11,500 nt of DNA from Octopus sinensis (taxonomy: Eukaryota), in the NCBI RefSeq assembly GCF_006345805.1, contig NW_021827097.1:1-11500 (forward strand). The letters are read 5' to 3'. Position 1 is the first letter of the stretch. Each line of letters opens with the position of its first letter. Shown here piece by piece: positions 1 to 7,776 of this stretch. The position numbers were made by a program, and so were the translations under genes. Under the pieces are notes generated by a model, which was not told where the DNA came from, searched no databases, and worked only from the letters and a program-made list of their open reading frames with translations.

Positions 1-137
1 GATCCACCTTTGGCCTCAATCACAGCATTATATTTCAAGGTGCTGACACAGATAGGTTCTGACTGGTTGTTAGAGGAATTGGTTTATATGTATATAAATA
101 TATCTTACACACACATACCGCACACACACACAGCACG

Positions 138-221
<84 letters not shown>
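138..221. repeat. (TA)n microsatellite, preceded by a short (CA)n
   Basis: Direct reading; explains ORF 10..231. Confidence 0.95.
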
Positions 222-225
<4 letters not shown>

Positions 226-347
226 CTATGAATTAGCAGCATCTCGAGGGATATAAACTTTATCGAATGCACATACAATGTGCATACACAAAGTTGGTGA
301 CTTGCTACTTCGTGGGTAGGCTGCGCTTATAGGCGTAAGAGAATATA

Positions 348-521
348 CCGTATTTATGAGGAACCCATTTTTTAAAATCAAAAATTAGGTTAAAAAGTAT
401 GAGAGTTTCTTATACATGGATAGCATTATAATCCCTTACAAAACCTTTTTTCCAAATTTTAAGCCCCAAAATTTAGAGTGTTCCTTATACATTAGGGTTT
501 CTTATACCCGTTAAAATACAG
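348..521. mobile_element. Tc1/mariner superfamily (Tc2/pogo-like) non-autonomous MITE
   Basis: TA|CCGTATTT (348-355) and AAATACAG|TA (514-521) form a terminal inverted repeat with 1 mismatch and a TA duplication. Subterminal GTTYCTTATAC motifs occur at 405-415, 480-490 and 497-507. The left end looks internally deleted. Confidence 0.65.
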
Positions 522-953
522 TATTCTCCTTAATTTGACTGGTGTTAAAACATACCCTATATATGTAAGTATGTACATGTTCTTTTCTTCTTTTATTCTG
601 TTACTGGTTTCAGCCAGAGGTTGGGGCTATATGCTGGAGCACTACCTTTCGGAGTTTTGGGGGTCTCCTTTCGGTACTGGTTTTGGTGAAGAAGCGAGTT
701 CGATGAAGCTGCTCTTTTTTGTGCCTCCTCCTGTAATGTGGACTCATCTGGGATTTCAGAGAGAAATTTGCCCAAATGCTTCTTGAACGATTCTCCGTCT
801 ACACTCTTAGGTTCTTTAACAGGATGTTAAACAGCCGTGGTCCCCTGAAACCTAAACTGTTGCAATACTGGGTCCTTATCTGAGATGAAGAGGACGGTGT
901 CTTTTGTAGTATGCAGTGCTGTTCAGTTCGGTGGACGGTATAGCTTTGACTTT

Positions 954-1053
954 GTTTACGGCCATATCACTTTGAAAACACCGAAGTTAAGCAAAGTCGA
1001 GCCTAGTTAGGACTTAGATGGGTGACCGCTTGGGAAACCTAGGTGCTGTAAAC
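954..1053 (+). pseudogene. 5S rRNA: 5S rRNA-derived sequence with an ~18-nt internal deletion
   Basis: GTTTACGGCCATATCACTTTGAAAACACCG/AAGTTAAGCAAAGTCGAGCCTAGTTAGGACTTAGATGGGTGACCGCTTGGGAAACCTAGGTGCTGTAAAC follows metazoan 5S. Helix I (954-962 with 1045-1053) pairs fully, with one G-U. Canonical positions ~31-48 are missing. Box A (~985-999) and box C (~1015-1032) are retained. Confidence 0.92.
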
Positions 1054-1069
1054 GTCTTTCTCTCTTTAA

Positions 1070-1300
1070 GGCGGCGAGCTGGCAGAAACGTTAGCACGCC
1101 GGGCGAAATGCGTAGCCGTATTTCGTCTGCCGTTACGTTGTGAGTTCGAATTCCGCCGCGGTCGACTTTGCCTTTCATCCTTTCGGGGTCGATAAATTAA
1201 GTACCAGTTACGCACTGGGGTCTATGTAATCTACTTCATACCTATGTCTGTCCTTGTTTGTCCCCTCTATGTTTAACCCTTTGTGGGTAATAAAGAAATA
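1070..1300 (+). mobile_element. Full-length tRNA-derived SINE (Octopus-type, family A)
   Basis: GGCGGCGAGCTGGCAGAAACG head, with A box ~1080-1090 and B box GTTCGAATTCC at 1144-1154. The body and AAAGAAATA tail are shared with copies at 3701, 8534 and 8906. Confidence 0.9.
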
Positions 1301-1699
1301 GGTATAGCTTTGAATTCCAAAGTTGGGAGCTAACCGTCAGTCTGGATAAGCTTGCATTTTCAGAAAAACAAATCAGCTGACTCGGACATTACAAATAAAA
1401 TCTGTAAGCGGAACAGTAAATTTCTGCAAGATTTTTCTCAGGTTTAAAATATGACATTGTTTTCGTTACCTACATTCCAACGATGGAGCTTTGTATCTTT
1501 GTTAAAAAACTAGCTCCTGCTTCAAAGGGAAAATTTAAGTAATTATACATACATGCAAGTATGCGTTTATTGTTTTCTGAAATCTTGGTCTTTGAATTGG
1601 AAATGTTGATATTCAAATCGAAACGATTAAATAAGATAAAAGAAATTTTTTTAAATGTATTCAGAACGTTAACTCATCTTGTTCACTCTCTCTTTCACT

Positions 1700-1832
1700 T
1701 TCTCTCCTTTTCTCTTTCTCTCTCTCACTCTATATATTTATGTATATATTATATGTATATATATATTATATACATATAATGACATATATATATGTGTGTG
1801 TACACAGACACACACACACAAACATATAATGA

Positions 1833-1871
<39 letters not shown>

Positions 1872-1972
1872 AATACATACAACCACCACACACACACCAC
1901 CACACACACACACACACAACACACACACACATATATATATTATATATATATATATAATATATATAATAATAT
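1700..1972. repeat. Compound (CT)/(TA)/(CA) microsatellite
   Basis: Direct reading. Confidence 0.9.
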
Positions 1973-2138
1973 AGTGAGAGAGAATAACTTCTTTCCTTCT
2001 TTCTTTACCATATAGTTAATATTTTCGGTTTGAATTTTAATATTCCCAATACGAATCCAGATTTTCGAACACATAGAACATTGAGAAGTAATTCACAGAG
2101 ACCGAAAAAAAAAGAGAGGCAAAATGGAAAGGAAAGAC

Positions 2139-2265
2139 AAATTACCTCATTATTTTTCTGATTCAATTTTGCTCTAGTTGTTAATACCATATTCTGTTCT
2201 AAAATTACCTCATTATTTTTCTGATTCAAATTTTGCTCTAGTTGTTAATACCATATTCTGTTCTA
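2139..2265. repeat. Tandem duplication, 2 x 63-64 bp
   Basis: AAATTACCTCATTATTTTTCTGATTC...CCATATTCTGTTCTA at 2139-2201 and 2202-2265, differing by one A indel. Confidence 0.95.
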
Positions 2266-2752
2266 AATATTTTCTTCTTTACTGCAATCCAGTTATAACT
2301 TTCATTACAATAAAAAAAAAAATGCTTTTTTTTCCTTTTTTCAATATATTATTTTTTTTTTATAATTTCAGCTACAAAAAAAATGACTAAAAACCGGTTG
2401 CCATTAAATAAATTCTTTACCAGTTTCGAAATACAGTAAAAACTAAAAAGAAAAAAAAAAGCAATAACGAAAATTTTAAATAAAATAAAATAAAACATAA
2501 TAAATCAGCTCATTTATTTGAACAAAATAAAATATTTATTTATTTATTTATTTCATAGTTTTTTTTTCTTCAATTTAAATAAAGTCTCATATTAAGATAT
2601 TTTTTTTCTCATTCCCTCTGATTTCTTGTAAAAAAAGAAATATAATTTTTTAAAAAAAAAAAAAGGTTTAACGTTAAATTACATTTGAAAATTCTGAAAT
2701 TTGATTCTAAAGACAGCTGTCTGTTTTAAGGCCAATTGTTTGTATCAAAAAC

Positions 2753-2856
2753 TCATTCACACGAAGTTAATAAGCAGTTAGTTTCATGTGCAGTTGATAG
2801 TTTTGTATTCAATTTCTCTGACGTAATAACATTAAAACTTCTCAAGCTATCCAAAT
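2753..2856 (-). CDS. Weak candidate terminal coding exon of an unidentified host gene
   Basis: Minus-strand (T)24ACAG acceptor ending at 2857, then 33 open codons (LDSLRSFNVITSEKLNTKLSTAHETNCLLTSCE) and TGA, followed by very AT-rich UTR-like DNA with AATAAA motifs. No homology recognised. Confidence 0.3.
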
Positions 2857-2969
2857 CTGTAAAAAAAAAAAAAAAAAAAAAAAAGGAAGTGTGTTAAAAT
2901 ATTAGAATTTCAATATCTAAATATTTGAACCTCAGATTTCTGAATCTCAATATGCTTTCTAGCTTTCAA

Positions 2970-3021
2970 GACGGCGATCTGGCAGAATCGTTACCACGCC
3001 GGGCAAAAGGCAAAATGCTTA
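2970..3021 (+). mobile_element. Isolated tRNA-SINE head fragment
   Basis: GACGGCGATCTGGCAGAATCGTTACCACGCCGGGCAAAA...ATGCTTA matches the SINE heads at 1070 and 3701. Confidence 0.8.
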
Positions 3022-3250
3022 CTCTTTACTCTTTTACTCTCTTTTACTTATTTCAGTCAGTTGACTGCGGCCATGCTGGAGCATCGCCTTTAGTCGAGCA
3101 ACTCGACCCCGGGACTTATTCTTTGTAAGCCCAGTACTTATTCTATCGGTCTCTTTTGCCGAACCGCTAAGTGACGGGGACATAAGCACACCAGCATCGG
3201 TTGTCAAGCAATGCTAGGGGAACAAACACAGACACACACACACACACACA
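3022..3250 (-). mobile_element. 3' half of a second SINE family (family B), truncated at its (CA)n tract
   Basis: (GTAAAAGA)n-like tail and TGCTCCAGCATGGCCGCAGTC 3' motif. A diverged homolog (GAACCG.TAAGT...CGGTTGTCAAGC) lies at ~9800-9968. The family is recalled as an abundant Octopus SINE. Confidence 0.8.
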
Positions 3251-3253
3251 TAA

Positions 3254-3285
<32 letters not shown>

Positions 3286-3524
3286 TGGTGGTGGTGGTGG
3301 TGGTGGTGGTGGCATTGGCGGCATTGATGGAGGTGGTAGCGGAGGTGGTGATGGCGGTGGTGGTGGCGGCGACGTCGGTGGTGGTGGTGATAGCGGAAAC
3401 GGCGGCGGCAATGGTGGTGGTGGTGGTGGTGGAAATGCTGTTGCTGCAAATAGTGCTGCTGCAACCGGTGCTGCTACTGCTGCTGCTGCAACTGGTGCTG
3501 CTACTGCTGGCGGTGATAGTGATG
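3286..3524. repeat. Degenerate (GGT)n/(GCT)n trinucleotide low-complexity tract
   Basis: Direct reading; produces the poly-V/T/H/P ORFs. Confidence 0.9.
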
Positions 3525-3645
3525 GCACTTCGACTTTGCTTTTCATCTTTCCCATAAAATAAGGATAATTCGAACATTGGGGTCGATGTAATCGACTTAC
3601 CCCGACCCCAAAACTACTGGCCGTTTGCCATAATTTGAAAGCAAT
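3525..3645 (+). mobile_element. Diverged SINE body (family A core with an alternative 3' tail)
   Basis: The TCGACTTTGCTTTTCATC...TGGGGTCGATGTAATCGACTTA core is shared with family A. The tail TGCCATAATTTGAAA resembles 10068-10081. Confidence 0.7.
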
Positions 3646-3646
3646 A

Positions 3647-3680
<34 letters not shown>

Positions 3681-3700
3681 TTTTTTTATAGGAAATTTAA

Positions 3701-4130
3701 GGCGGCGAACTGGAAGAATCGTTAGCACGCCGGGTGAAATGCTTAGCGGTATTTCGTCTGCGTTACGTTGTGAGTTCAAATTCCGCCGAGGTCGACTTTG
3801 CCTTTCATCCTTTCGGGGTCGATAAATTAAGTACCAGTTACGCACTGGGGTCGATGTAATCGACTTAATACCTATGTCTGTCCTTGTTTGTCCGCTCTGT
3901 GTTTAGCCCCTTGTGGGTAATAAAGAAATAGGTATTTCGTCTGCCATTACATTCTGTGTTCAAATTCCGCCAAGGTCGACTTTACCTTACATCCTTTTCG
4001 GGGTCGATTATATAAGTATCTGTTACGCACTGGGGTCGATATAATCGACTTAATCCGTTTGTCTGTCATTGTTTGTCCTCTCTGTGTTTATCCCCTTGTG
4101 AGTAGTAAAGAAATGGGTATTTCGTTTGTC
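3701..4130 (+). mobile_element. tRNA-SINE family A with tandemly reiterated ~184-bp body
   Basis: Head at 3701. Units starting GGTATTTCGT at 3748, 3931 and 4116 (partial); each complete unit ends AAAGAAAT. Confidence 0.9.
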
Positions 4131-4592
4131 CCCAACTCTTTTACACGTTAAATTTCATCCGCTATCTTTTTCTTTACCTTTTCATTGCACTCCTAAAGCA
4201 TAAATATTATTCCGTCACTTTGTCTTTACACGCTTCATTGCACTCCTGCTCGATATAAATTTAACCCTCATGTATGGCTGCCTCTGCAAATATACGAACT
4301 ACCCACATAGCTTCTATTAACCACACCGGATATCCCTAATTAGGGATAACTCCCTCAGATCATACCGGTTGTCAACTAGCTAAACAGGCCGACACGTGGA
4401 AGTCATGCTAACAACTAACTATAAGACTTCGGATTCAACCATCCTCTATTCTTCAACTACCTCACAATAGATTCAATGAACTTTGAACTCAACTAAAATG
4501 TAAGACTTTCGAATGATTGGACATTTTATCTTATCCGATTTCGCCCTCTATCTTTCGCTCTATTCCCCGCTTTGTCTATCTCTGCCTTCTTC

Positions 4593-4670
4593 GTTCTGAT
4601 GACGTCTACTATTTACAACGAGGTAAATACATATTTACTTCAACTATGGCACACAGAAACAGCTGTTAAC
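4593..4670 (+). ncRNA. Degenerate minimal hammerhead-ribozyme-like motif (possible Penelope pLTR remnant)
   Basis: CTGATGA (4596-4602), extended imperfect stem II, GAAAC-AGCT-GTT (4656-4667), and a 3-bp stem I GTT/AAC. Confidence 0.4.
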
Positions 4671-4767
4671 TCACTATCACCCTCACCTTGCTTAATTAAT
4701 TAAACAATGGCTTTTTAGCACCACGGACAGACTTTACTTGTTGTTTTTCCTCCATTTTCTTATCGTC

Positions 4768-4837
4768 TATATGTGTGTGTGTGTGTGTGTATGTGTCTGA
4801 GTGCGTCTGTGTCTGTGTGTGTATGAGTCTGTGCGTC
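4768..4837. repeat. Degenerate (TG)n
   Basis: Direct reading. Confidence 0.85.
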
Positions 4838-5058
4838 TTTAAAAAGTTTCAACTCTATGCCGGGGTCTTTGAAATGGTTTGCGTAGTTTAATTTGGACCA
4901 ATTTTGATTGAAAGGACGGGCTACTTTGATGAACGTTTTTGCGTGTGAAGACCTGCAAGACTGATATAACAGACTGTCTCGTTATATGTCTATCTGTCTG
5001 TCTGACTTTCACCTCCCACTTCTCGTTTTGTCTCTCTCCACAAACACACACAGAATAG

Positions 5059-5063
5059 ATATA

Positions 5064-5147
<84 letters not shown>
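5059..5147. repeat. (ATAC)n plus (TA)n microsatellite
   Basis: Direct reading. Confidence 0.95.
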
Positions 5148-5150
<3 letters not shown>

Positions 5151-5411
5151 ACAACATTGAGGAACGGCTTCGATAGGCCATTCAACCCACTAGAAAGAGC
5201 AGCCAGGACTCAAACCGCCAAGTAGTAGTTATTCAGAAATTAAAGGAAAATTAAAAAACATTTACCCTATTTGTCTAAAGATGAAATGGGTAAATGTTTT
5301 TTTTAATTTTCCTTTAATTTCTGAATTACTACTACTTGGTGGTTTGAGTCCTGGCTGATCTTTTTAGTGGGTTGAATGGCCTATCGAAGCCGTTCCTCAA
5401 TTGTTGTTGAT
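5147..5411. mobile_element. Foldback (palindromic) element with ~121-bp arms, set in (TA)n
   Basis: 5147-5267 is the reverse complement of 5288-5411, with 4 substitutions and 2 small indels by manual alignment. The 20-nt spacer is itself partly self-complementary. The palindrome is certain; its mobile-element nature is inferred. Confidence 0.75.
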
Positions 5412-5499
5412 TTATATATAGTCTCTGACTATTTTCTCTTTCTCACTAGACCGCTGGTGGCGAAAAAATTTATTGAATTTTTTGCTACCCTACATTGAT

Positions 5500-5543
<44 letters not shown>

Positions 5544-5555
5544 TATATATATATA

Positions 5556-6138
5556 CTGGAAGTGAATATGTGCCGGAGATATCGAAAAAGAGATCTCACG
5601 GAGAGTAAGGGCCGGATGGAAGGCGTTCAATGGCATAAGGGATGTGCTCAAGGGAAGGTTGGACAGGACCACCCGCGCCAATCTCATCAACAGTACAGTT
5701 CTACCTGCAATGTTATATGGTAGTGAAACATGGGCTACCACAAAGAGAGAAGAGCAGAGACTTGTAACAACTCAAAGAGCCATGGAAAGGTCAATGCTTG
5801 GTATCTCGTTGAGAGAGCACATAAGTAACAAGATCATCAGAAAGAAGTCCGGCGTGAGAGATGTCATCAAAGAGTATACACGCAGCAAGTTTAGATGGGC
5901 TGGACACGTCGCCAGGCTCACCGATAATCGGTGGACCCCGCAGTTGTCGAGTGGTACCCGCGCGAGCGGAAACGACCACCTGGAAGGCCTCCACGACGGT
6001 GGAGTTACGTTTTCAGGAGGTCGATTGGGTTCACGTGAATGAGAAAGGCGCGATCCAGAGAGGAGTGGACAGTGTGCTGTGACCAGCGGTGTCAAATGGA
6101 CGCCTGACGGACTGGTCGGTCAAGGTGATCAAGGTGAT
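5556..6138 (+). mobile_element. 5'-truncated RTE-clade LINE 3' end (RT C-terminal region, pseudogenised)
   Basis: EKEISRRVRAGWKAF...STVLPAMLYGSETW...QRAMERSMLGISLREH...KFRWAGHVARLTDNRWT, a frameshift near 5938, then VVEWYPRERKRPPGRPPRRW. Premature TGA at 6036-6038, final stop at 6105-6107, short UTR and a (CAAGGTGAT)2 tail. These are typical RTE motifs. Confidence 0.93.
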
Positions 6139-6213
6139 ACATACATACATACATACATACATACATACATACATACATACAGATATATAAGTGCATATAT
6201 ATATATATATATA
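6139..6213. repeat. (ATAC)n/(TA)n microsatellite
   Basis: Direct reading. Confidence 0.9.
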
Positions 6214-6397
6214 GCAGAATAATAAAAAGAAAGTTCTTGGTACAGTATTATATATTTCAAAATTGAATAAAGATGGCTGTCTTGGTCGGGATAATATATA
6301 CATACACACATACACACATATATTCAATTTATCTCCCTGATTATTTAAATTTTAAATTTTTACATACACACATAGGTAAATACTCACACTCACACGT

Positions 6398-6403
<6 letters not shown>

Positions 6404-6443
<40 letters not shown>

Positions 6444-6495
6444 GCATACATATCTAGGGAGGAAATGAGTTAGTGGGTGAGTGAGGAGAAATAGA

Positions 6496-6527
<32 letters not shown>

Positions 6528-6555
6528 TAGACAGACAGACAAATAGATAGATAGT

Positions 6556-6620
<65 letters not shown>
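6404..6620. repeat. (CA)n at 6404-6440 and (GATA/GACA)n at 6491-6620
   Basis: Direct reading. Confidence 0.95.
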
Positions 6621-6622
<2 letters not shown>

Positions 6623-6928
6623 CGCATCTTTTTCAATAAGGTAAGAATATCAATAAACGTGAATTGCCTGGTAGTGCAAGGTGGATGGTTCACTTCGTGG
6701 CGTTGAATGAGGATTTCTTTATATCAGGACTGAATTGAAGCTGTTTCTAATTTGTTGCGATTGCTAGAGGCAAAAAAAAAAAAAAAAGTCAAATTACCAC
6801 ACATCGGTAGAAATTAATCAGTGAAAATTGATTTAGAAATATCAAGTTTATTCCTGAAAGCAGTAAAATCAAAATGTCTTGCCAATATTAAGATGAGAAT
6901 ATTAATTTTGTTTTCGCCCAGCACCTTA

Positions 6929-6974
6929 ATCATCATCATCATCACCACCATGATTATTATTATTATTATTATTA

Positions 6975-7036
<62 letters not shown>

Positions 7037-7278
7037 TAGTTTTATTTTTATAGCGTGCTTTCACTTCACTACCGAGCGCAGCTCTGTGTGCCTTGGGTAT
7101 GTGCTGTAATTTGTTGTGATGCTCTGATGGTTATTGTATGGAAAGTGTTCTGCGTAGGATGTGTGCAGTGCCTAGTAGTGCAATTTTCTGTATGTTACAT
7201 GTGTTTGTTAGTCCTGGTGTTTTTGTTATGTATTTGTCTGAATATTTTTTATCATGCCTAATGCACCTACTATTATTA

Positions 7279-7347
<69 letters not shown>

Positions 7348-7416
7348 TATTATTATTATTTATGATTATTATCATTATTATTATTATTTATGATTATTAT
7401 TATTATTATTATTAAG

Positions 7417-7448
<32 letters not shown>

Positions 7449-7531
7449 GATTATTATTATTATTATTATTATTATTTATGATTATTATCATTATTATTAT
7501 TATTTATGATTATTATTATTATATTATTAAG

Positions 7532-7563
<32 letters not shown>

Positions 7564-7637
7564 GATTATTATATTATTATTATTATTATTATTTATGATT
7601 ATTCATTATTATTATTATTTATTGATTATTATTATTA

Positions 7638-7677
<40 letters not shown>

Positions 7678-7737
7678 GATTATTATTATTATTATTATTA
7701 TTATCATTATTATTATTATTTATGATTCTTATTATTA

Positions 7738-7776
<39 letters not shown>

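Larger units (their letters stand above)
937..1313 (+). mobile_element. Composite retro-insertion (5S-derived head plus tRNA-SINE) with 13-bp TSD GGTATAGCTTTGA
   Basis: The identical 13-mer at 937-949 and 1301-1313 brackets both parts, and the reconstructed empty site restores the CR1 reading frame. Confidence 0.85.
580..1336 (-). mobile_element. 5'-truncated CR1-type LINE 3' end (ORF2 C-terminus plus tail), interrupted by an insertion at 950-1300
   Basis: After removing the insert, the minus strand reads LAPNFGIQSYTVHRTEQHCILQKTPSSSSQIRTQYCNSLGFRGPRLFNILLKNLR, then after a frameshift near 805 VDGESFKKHLGKFLSEIPDESTLQEEAQKRAASSNSLLHQ. This resembles the GPRLFNxLP...FKxxLDxFLxxIPDEP...AASNSL terminus of invertebrate CR1 ORF2. 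It ends in a GAATAAAAGAAGAAAAGAA tail. Confidence 0.8.

Noticed and set aside
1-27. Minus-strand AVIEAKGG, like a Tc1 transposase C-terminus
   Set aside because: Only 8 codons at the window edge, and the upstream sequence does not continue the similarity.
954-1053. Functional 5S rRNA gene
   Set aside because: 18-nt deletion, no T4 terminator, no native upstream flank, and it lies inside a TSD.
1070-1160. Genuine tRNA gene
   Set aside because: The A/B boxes are followed by a SINE body that is repeated elsewhere in the window, so it is a SINE head.
1364-1403. Plus-strand 40-nt candidate exon (TTTTCAG...GTAAGC)
   Set aside because: Splice-like motifs are common in AT-rich DNA; no partner exon or homology.
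3167-3577. Overlapping 86-136 aa ORFs (poly-T/V/H/P)
   Set aside because: Translations of stop-free trinucleotide repeats in several frames; no coding signal.
3748-4130. CRISPR-like or prokaryotic repeat array
   Set aside because: Units are ~184-bp SINE bodies without unique spacers, and the context is eukaryotic.
4341-4350. TAGGGATAAC resembling part of an I-SceI site
   Set aside because: Only 10 of 18 nt; explained by the local palindrome.
5644-6042. 132-aa ORF as a host gene
   Set aside because: It is a truncated, frameshifted RTE reverse-transcriptase C-terminus.
6798-6853. Minus-strand 56-nt candidate exon (TTTCAG...GTAATT)
   Set aside because: Weak donor, phase not directly compatible with the 2856 candidate, and no recognisable peptide.
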